Positions 27,901 to 40,900 of a stretch of DNA of 64,000 nucleotides are shown one piece after another. Both the position numbers and the translations under genes were made by a program. Source of the stretch: Gnetum montanum (Eukaryota > Plantae > Gnetophyta). The stretch spans positions 509,677 to 573,676 of the forward strand of contig MNCI01000900.1 of assembly GCA_015680685.1 (NCBI GenBank). The letters are read 5' to 3'. The notes beneath the pieces were generated by a model. The model worked only from the letters and a program-made list of their open reading frames with translations. It did no database searches and had not been told where the DNA came from. Numbering within the stretch: the stretch's first letter is position 1; each line of letters begins with the position of its first letter.

Positions 27901-29910
27901 GATATTCTCAAAGGATGAGAATTCCTACATGGCAGTGTAGGTCAAGTTCAAGGTTCCCTCCTCATCATGAAGGCCAAGTGCATCAATAGTAAATCTAGCA
28001 AAAATCATAACTGTTACCATCCTCATATGAGTTACAACCAAATGAATATTTCCAAAATCATAAAAGGACTCACCCTTCAGCACAATACACTATCCCAGGT
28101 GGGTTCTGAAACAAAGTGAGCACTTGTTGAGCAACAAATAAGGTGTTGCTCTTACTATACCACTAGAACTTTGGCATCTACCAGATCCTAGATAAAGGCC
28201 TAATGCCCCTAGGGCCCTAGCCTAAACTTCTAGCTCCATCACTGGCAACGGGCTCATCAGACATGAATCTTAAAATTCCCTAATTTTCCCTAGGCAACAA
28301 TGTCTCCATGATGACACTGGCCACTTTCATTTCCAAGTGTGACCACATAATCACACTGAAGTATCGGAGTAAGAATTCTAGGAACTCACGTGCTCCTAAT
28401 CTAAACCACATTTCCTAGTGACCCACACACATAGTTGGTGTAGGTACCTTTGGTATGGGTTTGCTCATACAATAGAGGATACCCACTAGCTCCACCACAA
28501 CGAGGGTGGGCTTTAACAATACCCTGTAACCACAACAACAATGAAAGGGGAGAGTTAGCATTGGATGCACATAAAAATGTATTAAAACTATGCTTATCAC
28601 ATAAGAAGAAGTTAAATATCATGACTAGGTAACCCTTAGCCTCCCCCATGAATCCCATGAGAAAGGGATGTTAACACATCCATCTAACACACCTAGTGTT
28701 GAATGGGGCACAACACTAGCATCCCTGTTTCACATTTTCACTTAGCATTTTTTGTATTTGACATTATATTTTTTTACTCAACAACTTTGTGTAGCATAGC
28801 AAATGGGTATAAAAAAATTCTAATTCTCAGCTACATTCTCCTTGAATGCAACCCATGTAGGTTTTGGCAGAAAAGTTTTTCTAACTATTGCATAGCATAA
28901 CCCTTTCCAACATCAAAATTTTTCTAACTGTTGGTTATTCTTCCTTAAAAACATCAAAAAAAATTCTTAAGTACCATTTATGCTCCTCGCAAAGTGTAAC
29001 CCTTAAAAAATTTTCAAAAAAAAAAAACATTTTAAAAAATTTCCAACTATTGGTTACGCTCTTGGGAGCGTAGCCTCCAAATAGGAAACTCTAGAAAATT
29101 TTCTAACTCCTTAAAGAATAGCATTAGATCTAGGCACTTAGATGCAAAAATTCAAGTGCAAAAGAAGGGAAGTTGTACACAACATGTACTAGGCATGACA
29201 TAGCTGTGATCCCTACAGTCATCCTACCCATTCTATTTTTCTCTAGCACTCAACACCACTTAATCCTCTTCATTGTGCTTTGTGTTCCCATGTCTTGCAA
29301 CCTTCCCACATGCCCCTACCTCCTATGATACCTCACCCACATTTTACACTTACCCACATGCCCATTGGGAGCAGAGGTAAACCCTTAGTACTAGATTCAC
29401 TGTTTTCCCCCTTCCTTATCCTAGGATGCAGCCATCTCAACCATGACCAAAAAAAAGGATAGAGAGAGAACCATTTTAGCCCTACCCTATGTCCCACATG
29501 GTACACAAGAAAGCCTCATCCCTTACCATGTGCAAAAAACCATAGAATAGTACAAAGCCTCACTACATGTGACCTAAAAATGAGAAACCTACAAAACCTA
29601 TCTCACACCTGCATTCCCTTCTCTTAGTCGTGATTTCCATGGTAGCCATGATAGTAGTGATGATCCTTGCCCAAGTTAAGCCACCCCTAAAACCAAAAAC
29701 AAGGGCAAAAAGTAGCACCATACTTATCCAACGGTGTCTCCCTCCACTTCTCTATGCATGCCCTAGGGAGGCATCTCAATGTGTGCTCTCCCTCATCCAC
29801 ATTGGCAAGACTTGGGTGTTGGTGTTCATTGTGATGCATCATGTTTGGTGGTTATGATATGGTTCTCTTCACTTTTTTTGCTATGCTCTGACTCTCCTTG
29901 CTTTGGCCAT
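24980..29910 (-). pseudogene. Antisense multi-exon extra gene of copy B, degenerate
   Basis: ATGGCCAAAGCAA at 29910. Donors such as cag|GTGTGA (~29608), agg|GTGAGT (~28073), tag|GTGAGT (~26593) and cag|GTTGAT (~25152). ORF fragments 27398-27676, 27116-27388, 25694-25894 and 25259-25462 align with copy A. Confidence 0.7.
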
Positions 29911-30031
29911 GCTATGCTCAATGACTTTTTGTTTTCACTTTTGAAAATGAGAGGTTGACCATGGTAAAAATGCCTATTTATACCCCCCTCTGTCCCACAC
30001 CCCACCCCCTCCACCCCACCCCCACCCCCCC

Positions 30032-30143
30032 NNNNNNNNNNNNNNNNNNNNNNNNNNNNNNNNNNNNNNNNNNNNNNNNNNNNNNNNNNNNNNNNNNNNN
30101 NNNNNNNNNNNNNNNNNNNNNNNNNNNNNNNNNNNNNNNNNNN
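30032..30143. other. Assembly gap (N run) flanked by C-rich low complexity
   Basis: Run of N in the sequence. Confidence 0.99.
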
Positions 30144-30583
30144 CCCTCCCCGCCTCAGGTGATTAACATGTCACCTACTCGGGCAACATTCCATGTCTTA
30201 TGCATAACATGGAATGAGCATAGCAACCAAAGTTAGAAAAATTTTCTAACTTTTTCAGCATTCCCAGACTTAGAAAATTTTTTACATTTTTCTAGTTGCC
30301 TAGCAAATGCCCAACTTAATCCCACATTCCAAACCTTTCCCACCTTTCCTAAAATGATGCATCTTGCATAATCCATGGTCCGCTATGACCTTAGACTGGC
30401 AATCCTATGGCATACCAAGGCCCAAAACTAGTTCCCACACTTGCTTACCTAATCCCAAAATCACACAGTTAAGTGAATTTTTTATAGCATTAACTTTCTC
30501 ATCTTATGCATTCTACTTTATTAAGATAGGTATGACTTGATATTCTTCTGGTTGTTTTGTAGGATTCTTGGCAAGATTGCAAC

Positions 30584-33500
30584 ATGAGTGCATACAAGCA
30601 TCTTTGTTCACCCTTGGTCTTAACTATACCTTATGGCAATTCTATGTGATGAATTAACATTGAATGCCTAGACTTTGAGCCCATAGCCTATGACACATAC
30701 ATAGCATCCCTAGAGGCATCACTAGATTGGCCAGACCATCTAGTTAGAGCTCTAGATCTAGAGGCTGGTGATGTAACCGAGGATCCCCTTATTGAAGTCC
30801 CTATAATAATGCATAGAGGCAAGGCAAAGACACTGAAACTTAGTTTCTTGTTAGAGCCTCAACCACAAAAAGCATCATCAAATTTCTCAATGATAATGTC
30901 AAGGAGTCTGCATGGTCCTATGAGGACATGTCAAACCTAGACCCTCGCATAGTGCAACATAACATCATCCTTGATCCTCACGTAAAAATAATCAAACAAA
31001 AATCTTGTAAGATTAAACCTGAGATGGCATTAGCAGTTTACAATGAAATCACCAAGCTTTACAAGGCTGGTTTCATCCAGGTAGATGACTACAAAAACTA
31101 GGTTTCCAACACCATAGTTGTCCCTAAGAAAAATGGAAGTATACACATTTGCATAGACTTCTGAGACCTTAATAAGGTGACCATCAAAGATGATTTTCCA
31201 TTTCCTAGGATTGAGCAACTCAGCGATACTATGGCTGGTCATGCCTTATTGTTCTTCATGGATGGGTTCTCGAGGTACAACCAAATTCAGATCACCAGAG
31301 CACTAGCTCAGCGTAACCTTTATGACCCCTTGGGGTACGTTTTGCTACATAATGATGTCTTTTGGACTAAAGAACATAGGAGCAACTTATCAACATGTAA
31401 TGACATATATCTTTAGTGATTATTTACTAGATTTTCTCAATGATTATGTTGATGACATAGAAGTTAAGTCCAAGGTACCTCACAACTATGCAGACGGCTT
31501 ATACCATGTACTCAAACATTGCGTTAGACATGACCTTAGGCTAAACCCCAACAAATGTGTCTCCGATGTCAAGACCAATCACATGTTAGGCTTTGTAGTA
31601 TCAGAGGCAAGCATATGCATAGACCCTAATAAGATTAAGTCTATCATCAAGTTAGCACCACCAAAAAACCTTAAGGAGCTACATATATTACAAGGTAGAC
31701 GGTAATTCATTCGTAGGTTTATCGCAAGCTTAACTAATAAGTTGCAACATCTACTCAAAAAGGGGGTTCACTTTGAGTGGACAATTCAATGCCAAGAGGC
31801 ATTTGACAGCCTCAAGAAGGAGCTAGCTCAACTTCCAATAGTCTACCATCTACAAGAAGATAAGCCATTTTACATCTACCTTGCAACCTCAAACACATCC
31901 ATTGCTTCTCTACTTCGCCAAAAATGAGACGATGGCTCAAAGATTCCTATTTACTACCTAATCCATGTGCTAGTAGCCCATGAAACAAAATACAATGATG
32001 TGGAGAAGAACTACCTCACCCTAGTCTTCACACTTAAGAAGTTGAGGCATTATCTTTTCTAGAGTCAAGTTAACATGATCTACAAAAGCAATGTACTCTA
32101 GGATATTACCACAAACATCTATGAAAGTAGTTGAATTGCATGATGGAAATTAATAACCACAAAATTTGACCTATACGACATAGCACAAGCATCCACTAAA
32201 GGTCAAGTAATATCCATACAACTCATGGCTTCGCCAATAGGCAATCAAGTGAAAATAGATCTAGAATTTCCAAATGAGCATGTTAATAGCATAAGCCAAG
32301 TGCCTATCAAATTTGAGGTAGTTTTACACTTTAATGGTTCTTTTACCTCACAAGGGGGTAGTGTCACTACCCTCATCACATTTCCCTCTAGGGAGATCCA
32401 ACCCATCATGTATCACTTTGCATTTCCTTGTACCAACAACTTAGTGGAGTACAAAGGTCTCCTCAGAGGTGTCTTAGTAACCTGTGATCTAAGAATCCAA
32501 AACCTAGCAATCTGAGATGATTCATAGTTAGTTGTTAACCAAGTTATAGAGGTTTACACTTGCAAAGCACAACATTTACAACCTTACTATGACTTAGCAA
32601 AGCACCTACTCAAGCAATTTGCAACCGTAGATATCCAATATATTCCCCATAACAAGAATATCATTGCTGATGCATTAGCCACCTTAGCCTTAAGCATAGC
32701 ACCCAACATGTTTCATGCCTTATTACTCAAACAACAAGCATTGCATCCATAGCCACAACAAGCATAGTTCATGCATAGGAGTCGTATGATTATATTAAGA
32801 CATACCTCCAATAGGGTGAGCCTCCGCAACACCTAACCACTGCCCAAAAGGATGTAGTTCAAAAATGGTCATAGCAGTATATCCTTGTAGGTGATAGCAC
32901 CATGTGTTGTAGATCCTATGATGGAATACTGCTAACCTACATTAGCTATAGCAAAGCACAAATGATCATCGATCAAGTCCACGAGGGACTGTGCAGAGGA
33001 CACATAGCACCCAAGGCAATGGTAGCAAAAATCAAATACTTATGCTACTATTGGCCTTACATGAAGTGCAATTGCATTCCCAATGTCAATACATGTCATG
33101 TGTGTTAGCAATATGGAAAATTAATGCATGTTGCACCCATTGAACTACATATCACATATATCACATTGACATTCCAACGTTGGGAATTGGACATCATAGG
33201 ACCTATCATGCCTAACTCTTCTATAGGACATAGCTTCATCATAACAGCAACCAAATACTTTACCAAGTGGGTCAAAGCCATTCCCCTTAGGAAGGTGACA
33301 TCACAACAGGTTTGAAAATTTATCCTTAACAACATAGTAACCCTGATTCAGTCTACCCATGGCTATAGTCACAGACAACAGGCCATAATTTAGTAGTCTA
33401 GAAACCAAAGCCTTCTGCGAACACCTTGTCATCAAACATTCTTTTTTTCCACCATACTACCTGTAGGAAAATGGTTAAGCAAAGACTACAAATAAATTCA

Positions 33501-34024
33501 TTGTCAACCTTCTAAAGAATATGCTTAGTAGTAGTAAACATTGATGGCATGAGCAACTAGTCTACGCACTATGGACCTACCACACAACACGCAAAACATC
33601 AACTAATAAGACACCATATAGCCTTGTGTATGGGTCTGAAGCAATGTTGCCTTTTGAATTGTAGGTTCCATCACTCCATGTGATCCTCTTAAGCTTCATT
33701 GATGATATTCAAAATGATGAGTTAAGAACCATTAACCTCAACTCTATAGAGGATGAGCACATGCAAACACTTAATTACATCGAGTAGTACCAGGAAAAGC
33801 AACGGCAAAAACATCATGACAATCAGCATCAATGCCCAATCAAGAAATGGGACTTGGTCCTCAAGGTTTTTCACAAACGTCTGGAAAAATTCTTGGCCAA
33901 CTAGGAAGGTCCTTTTTTGGTTACAAAGGCTTACGATAATGGAGCATTCAAGCTTACTAATCTAGATAGCAATAAGTTTGCCAACCCAATCAACAATTTG
34001 TACCTCAAGCCCTACTACGCCTGA
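30584..34024 (+). pseudogene. pol: Copy B pol (RT, RNase H, aRH, integrase), disrupted
   Basis: KDDFPFPRIEQL, FMDGFSRYNQI and YVDDI (RT); FAFPCTNNLVEYKGLLRG (aRH); VHEGLCRGH...YYWPYM...CHVC (INT zinc finger); WELDIIGPI (INT core). Stop at 34022-34024. Confidence 0.93.
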
Positions 34025-34057
34025 CATGTAGCATCGACATAGCAAGGTAAGCATACA

Positions 34058-34335
34058 TCTGCTATGACATTAAACTAGAACAAAACATCCACTATGATGT
34101 TAAACTGGCACAGAATGTCCTTGGGCTATGACATTAAACTAGCACCCACAGCATGATCTGCTATAACCCTAAACTAGTAATCCATCGTCTACTATGATGT
34201 TAAACTAGCACACAGTAGTCTGCTAGGACTATAAACTAGCACACCATGATCTACTAGGATCTTAAGCTAGGTTCACAATCTGATAAGACCTTAAACTAGC
34301 ACAACATGTGATCTACTAGGACCTTAAACTGGGTT
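34058..34335 (+). repeat. Array of 9 CTATGACnTTAAACTRGCA repeats with unique spacers, downstream of integrase (copy B)
   Basis: Units start at ~34062, 34092, 34126, 34161, 34192, 34223, 34254, 34283 and 34316. Confidence 0.88.
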
Positions 34336-35733
34336 CGCAATTCAGCATGCATAGTTTAACATGTACAGTTCTATGAACAAGCAAGCACGAACACTTCCAA
34401 CCCTCCATCACCTACCCACACCTCTCAAGTAGGATGGGGTGGGGTATTGTAGTTCTAGAATGGAGTTCACATCATCAAGAAAAAGAACCTCTAGAATGTT
34501 TACAGTGTCACCACCATTAGCATTTTGTTACTCCTCCAGAGATGTCTTTAGGCATCTTGTTGACCTTCTAGAGCTACCGCCACCATCACTAGTCATCTTG
34601 GTTGGAGCTCTCCCTATTAGCATCACTCACTGAAGTCCTCATAGTACTATGGCCTAGCCATAACACTAATATCCTCCAACCCTCACCATTGCCAGATCTA
34701 GGAAGAGCATCCAGCAGCTTAGCTTCCTATCAACCTGTTAGGTTCCCAATCTCCTTTCCTTGGTGAGGAGTCCTAAGCACCTGCACCGCCAATGCCCTCA
34801 ACCACTTGGGTGCCTACTTCCAGTGTGGATGCTAAATATTTTGCAGCCTACTAGCACTGGCATTCACATTGGCCTTCCTAATTTGGACATTACATGCACA
34901 TGTAATTGACATAGCACTCGTGACCCTTGCATTGCCCTCGCAACCAGGAGTTCTCTCTCATTTCACATGGTGTGGTTTTTTCCTTGTTTTCTTTGTGTTG
35001 CATTTGTAGAATGAAGCCTTGATGATGGTCATTCAGAGATGCATTTCACCACAGTGGCAAGTCACCACACTGCTCTAATGTGCCCACTTTAACTCATCAC
35101 ACCACTCAGGAGTGCACATCCTTTTTACTCTACCATAGCCTATTTGCATTTACCCCTTCTTTTACCTCACATCTTCCAAACTTTCTTAGCAATCTTCTCT
35201 AATGTACATGGCACCCTTCTTTTAGTTAGCCACAAAACCTTGTTGAACCTAACATAACTCATCCCATGGAAATCCTTTGCAGGTTGGTCAAAGCCTAAGC
35301 AGATGTAACACAACTCATCCCAAGGAGGAAATACCTATCCTACAAATGCAACATAGTTTCCTCTAAGAAAATCTAGTTGGATCGCACATAGTTCACCCAA
35401 TGACAAACATTTTTCATTTAGCAAGAAAAAAATGGAACAAAACAAGTGCCTAAGAAAAATAACAAAGTTGTCGTTTTGCAACTGGTCCAACCCTACATCG
35501 ACCATCTCATAAGCACTCCGATGAGAGGTCAAAATTTTAGGGGCAAGCCATCTTCGTATCTTGACTCCCTCACAAGCACTCTAATGAGGGATCACAATTT
35601 GGTGATAGGCCATCATGGTTTTGCAGCTTGTAGCCACATACTTAATTGGAATCCCTCCCACTTGTTATTCCTTGGTCCATCTCCTTAACCTACTCCCTAC
35701 CATACTTTATTCACTTAGCACTCTTGAGCATGG

Positions 35734-37618
35734 TGAAACATTGTCTAATCAAGTACTGACAAGTAATGTTGGTGTCATATTTGCCATGGTGTTTCATATT
35801 CTTTATCAACATCTCTCAATCCACTCCTCTAGGCTTTAGCACTTTAACTAAAAATTTGTCTAAGTTTCAAAACTTGGAAAATTCTTCTAACTGTTGGTGC
35901 TCCACTCCCCAACGTAGATAGCATAACATGCATCACATGACCTATTTTGCAAGATTCTCTAAGTGTCAATAGTAGTTGCATGAAAATGTTTTTTAAGTGT
36001 TGTGCTACACTCTCACTCTTCTTACTACACTCTAGAGTGTAGCTAGCATAGCATACATTTCTATGGCCAATTTTCTCAAGTGCCAAGCTAGAAATTATCA
36101 GGATGGCTTGGGATGGAAAAATAGTTTGGAAACTTTTCTAACTCTTGGGGTTGCTATGCTTTGCTATTCTCTAGAGCATAAACAACATAACATATGTTTC
36201 AATGGCTAGTTTGCCTAAGTTTCAAGCCAATAGCTATCAAGATAGCTCAAAATGGAGGAACAGTTTAACAAATTTTCTAATTTTTGAGGCTACCCCTCCT
36301 ATGCCCCAGAGCATAGCCAGTGTAGCATAAAGAAAAACTGTAGATTCTATCAAATTTTTTCTAAGTATCCTTATTATGCCTTGCTACACTCTAGAGTGTA
36401 GCTAGCATAGCTAGTGCTAGACATTCAATTTTATAAAATTTGATTAAGTGTTATGCTATGCTCCAAAGCGTAGCCAACGTAGCACTATAAAGAAGCCTCT
36501 AACAGCCTCCAAAATCCTTCAAAGATCAGCATCAACATTCATCTTAGCTCCAACATTCCTTTGGTAAGTAAGATCAACACTTTGTATCTCTTCTACATCC
36601 CCTATTGGTCCCCTAAATTGTACATATTCTTAACCCTACTCGAAAGAGGGGAAGACGTAGTCTCGGAGTGTAGCCTCCAAGTTGCACTATTTTTTGCATT
36701 GTTTTCAAGTACATTGTGGTCATTTAAACTTTGGCACATGTAGTCTTGGCAACATAGTCATAGTTCCGTAGTCTCTGGGGATTCGTTATAGTACACTAGA
36801 GCATAGCACTTACTACTTCTATGGGAGCGTAGTTGGGTCTAGTGTAGCCCCACCTACCCTCATGCCACATGGCACCCGATCCACATTTCGCACTAATCCT
36901 AATCATGTAAATGCCCCTGTGCTCAACATTTTAGGGTTTAGCAAAGAAAAAGGACATTGGAAATTTTGGCATTCTCAACATCCTTTGACACTCTTGCACC
37001 CGAGCACACTTCACACTTTGGCGCACTCTAGGATCCTATCGGACCACTGGTGCATGTCATCTAGCACGTAGTTCATGACTTTGCCCATGGAACATGACAG
37101 TAGCCAACTTAGCAAGTTCAATCCTCATAGCAGCCATTAGTTTCACAACTTGGACATCCCAGAGACTATGACTACACTACTAAACTACCACTATGCCTAC
37201 TTGTACACTATGTACCACTCTCACCTCTTTTCCTATAATTACTATGCTCCCCCCATTTGGAGCAGTGCACTTCCATTCTCAAGCTCTGTTACATTTTCAA
37301 GCACTTTTTCTTTGGTTTTTAGCATATAATTCACATTTTCTTGTTGTTTCATACACATTTACATGTTCACATTGCTATTCTTGGGCCAAGACATCCTACT
37401 ATGCTCTATTTTGATTGGCCCCAGTACCCATTGGTAACATTGTATAAGCCCCTTCTACACGTGTTCATCGTAACACCCTGTAAGTTCCTATTCGATCAAC
37501 AAGATCATTTAGGACATCCCATCTCCATTTCCAGCATGGCCCTTGCATGGACTTGAGGCTAGGTTGTACGCTTGCTAACCTCTCAGTGTTTCAACCATCA
37601 ACATTTCCAATCATCACA
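35734..37618 (+). repeat. 3' LTR of copy B (5' boundary approximate)
   Basis: Aligns with the 5' LTR from ~35833 (gctttagcactttaact) to CATCACA at 37618. TGAAACA at 35734 is the likely start, with an indel relative to the 5' LTR. Confidence 0.85.
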
Positions 37619-37989
37619 ATCCCTTAGGTTCTAGATTTCATCTAGAATTGTGAATGCAAAATGTGATTTGGGAGGTACATTGACTATCCTATGTTAACAC
37701 ATCCCACTGCATTAACACAAGGGCATTGATGCATCCCCACCTAACTTAGTTTGACCTTATTTTCCTACAATGTGACTAGGATTGGCTTAGGCTATGTTGA
37801 TGAATCTCCATTGATGCCTAGGTGCTGATGAACCTCCTTTATTACTTTGTGAAAACTATAAATAACTTAGATGAGCTTTCATACACATCTTATTCCTAAC
37901 TTGAATTTTATTTTGGCTTTTGATATTCTTTTTGTTGAAGAGCTCTTCCTCCCTTGAATTAGTTGATTTCCTTCATTCCTTATTAATCA

Positions 37990-40900
37990 GCAGTGAGGTA
38001 CCCCTACGCTTAACCATACAAATCACAAGTGTTCATGCATGATCCAATCGGATTCCATGGATGGGACTAATTGTGACATCTAGATCATTATGCCTTGATC
38101 ATAGTTTACTGTCTTCCCACCTAGACTAGTGGTCACTTTTTCACATATGGTTTAGTCCAAAGTGAGGCATATAATGTGGCTCCTAATTCTATGCTATGCT
38201 ACTCCTAATGACAGAAAGAGATAAATTGATTAACTAATGAATAATGGAAACAAAGTCTAAATTAGCCTAAGGTGATGGTATCCACTCTTAATCATCTATA
38301 CATGTCTTGGACTTTGTGGAGCTACTTCTAGGATTACCAAGTGTACATCATTGGTTATGCCAAACGATACACCTCTGGGTTACGAAGTACTTCCACTTAA
38401 ATGCTTGTGATTAAGGCATATGAATTTTTCTTAATGATAGGAATAGTAAATAATAATAAATAAAGATGATTAACTAAAGAAAGCATCAAATAATTAAAAA
38501 AATAATATTAATCTAGGTGGATACTACAATGATAGAAGTAATCTCAATCTTCATTGCCAGTCATGTAACGTGTCCAAGTACATCACACTCGAACAAAGGT
38601 GACATACGATTAAAAGCATCACAATATGGGCATGCACTAGTAATAATAGACTTAAAAGAGAAGAAACTAAAAATTAAAACTATCTCTTTATTTCCTATGT
38701 TCTACATGTTGTCTCATCTAGAAGCCCAAGTGTAGTATTTATAGGCAAGATCTCGATGAGGTGACGTTGAGTATCCAATATTGCTTATTAGCCCCAACGT
38801 TAAGTACATGATATTAGCACTCTAACATCATTTATCTGATGTCTAGGCCCATCAAATCTCAACTCATCATACCCCCACAACTGAATGAAAACTCATCCTT
38901 GAGTTAAACAAATATGAGGAACATGTTCTTTACAAAATATTAGGCAAGTATGGGATTACTAACTAACTCAAAAAATGGATAAAATAACTAACTCTTTGCA
39001 TGCCATAGTGGTGCAATACAAAAATTGAACACATTATTACAAAATAAAACAAAAACAAGACTAGGAAGCTCATGTGGTACCTGGAGGTGGTGGCTCTTCC
39101 ATCAGCTACTTCTCTTTGTTGCTAGGTCGTTGAAACTTGTATTGATTGAGCAAAGCCTACAACTTTTCTTCCTACATCCTTACGTCATGCACTATATAGG
39201 ATACTATATCGATATTTTTTAGTGTTGGTACATCCCTAGCAATGGCACCAATGATGAGTGGTCAGGTACCCTTATGCTCAACCATACGAATCACAAGCGT
39301 TCATGCACAATCTGGTCGAATTCCATGGATGGGACTAGTTGTGGCATCTAGATCATTACACCTTGATCGTAGCTTGCTATCTTCCCACTTGAACTAGTGG
39401 TAGCTTTATGATGTATGGTTTAGTCCAAATTGAGGCATATGATGTGGTTCCTAATTCTATGCTATGCTACTCCTGATGATAGAAAGAGATAAATTGATTA
39501 ACTAATACATAATGGAAACAAAGTCTAAATTAGCCTAAGGTGATGGTATCCACTCTTAATCATCTATACATGACTTGGACTTTGTGGAGCTACTTCTGGG
39601 ATTGCCAAGTATAGATCATTGGTTATGCCAAACAATACACCTCTAGGTTATCAAGTATTTCCACTTAAACACTTGTGATTAAGGCATATGCATTTCGCTT
39701 AATGATAGGAATAGTAAATAACAATAAATGGATATGTTTAACTAAAGAAAGCATCAAATAATTAAAATGAAAATATTAATCTAAGTGGATGCTACAATTA
39801 TGGAAGTAATCTCGATCTTTATTACCAGTCATGTAACATGTCCAAGTACGTCACACTCGAACAAAGGTGACATACGATTACAAGCATCACACTATGGGCA
39901 TGCACTAGGACTAATAGACTTAAAAAATAATAAACTAAAAATTAAAACTATCTCTCTATTTCCTATGTTCTACATGTTGTCTCATCTAGGAGTCCAAGTG
40001 TAGTATTTATAGGCAAGATCTCGATGAGGTGACATCAAGTATCCAACATCGCTTATTAACCCCAACATCAAGTACGTGATATTAGCACTCTAACTTCGTG
40101 TATCTCATATAAAGGCCCATCAAATCTCAACTCATTATACCCCCACAACTGAATGAAAACTCATCCTTGAGTTAAATAAAGATGAGGAACGTGTTCTTTA
40201 CAAAATATTAGGTAAGTATGGGATTACTAACTGACTCAAACAATGGATAAAATAACTAACTCTTTGCATGCCATAGTGCAGTACAAAAATGGGACACATT
40301 ATTATAAAACAAAACAAAAACAAGACTAGGAAGCTCATGTAGTACCTGGAGGTAATGACTCTTCCATTGGTTGCTTCCCTTTGTTGCTTGGCTGTTGAAA
40401 CTTATATCGATTGAGCGAAGCCTACAACTTTTCTTCCTCCATACTTAGGTCATGCACTATCCAAGCTACTGTACTGATGTGTGTTGGTGCTAGTACATCC
40501 CAGACAATGGCACCAATGATGAGATGTGAGATACCCCTATGCTCAACCATATGAATCACAAGCGTTCACGCATGATCTGGTCAAATTCCATGGATGGGAC
40601 TAGTTGTGGCATCTAGATCATTATGCATTGATCATAGTTTGTTGTCTTCCCACTTAAACTAGTGGTAGCTTTGTCACATATGATGTGGTTCCTATGCTAT
40701 GCTACTCCTGATGATAGAAAGAGATAAATTGATTAACTAATACATAATAGAAACAAAGTCTAAATTAGCCTAAGGTGATGGTATCCACTCTTAATCATCT
40801 ATACATGTCTTGGACTTTGTGGAGCTACTTCTGGGATTGTCAAGTATACATCATTAGTTATGCTAAACAATACACCTCTAGGTTACCAAGTACTTCCACT

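Larger units (their letters stand above)
18559..37618 (+). mobile_element. Ty3/Gypsy Tat-lineage LTR retrotransposon, copy B, structurally complete (~19 kb) but degenerate
   Basis: TG...CA termini, 5-bp TSD ATCCC (18554-18558, 37619-37623), paired LTRs, PBS, gag-PR, antisense gene, RT-RH-aRH-INT. Confidence 0.93.

Noticed and set aside
34058-34335. CRISPR array
   Set aside because: Eukaryotic retroelement context, degenerate repeats, spacers of only ~10-16 nt and no cas genes. Reported as a retroelement repeat array instead.
1-35400. Giant inverted duplication or palindrome formed by copies A and B
   Set aside because: The copies are strongly diverged with many indels, and B has its own LTR pair and TSD, so these are independent insertions.
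39470-39490. Hammerhead ribozyme core (CTGATGA..GAAA) in the miniature element LTR, i.e. a retrozyme
   Set aside because: No stem II, not conserved in all four LTRs, and on the antisense strand of the element.
38517-40003. Repeated 72-aa ORF (38517-38735, 39785-40003) as a tandem gene family
   Set aside because: It lies inside the LTR on the antisense strand and is broken in the other two copies.
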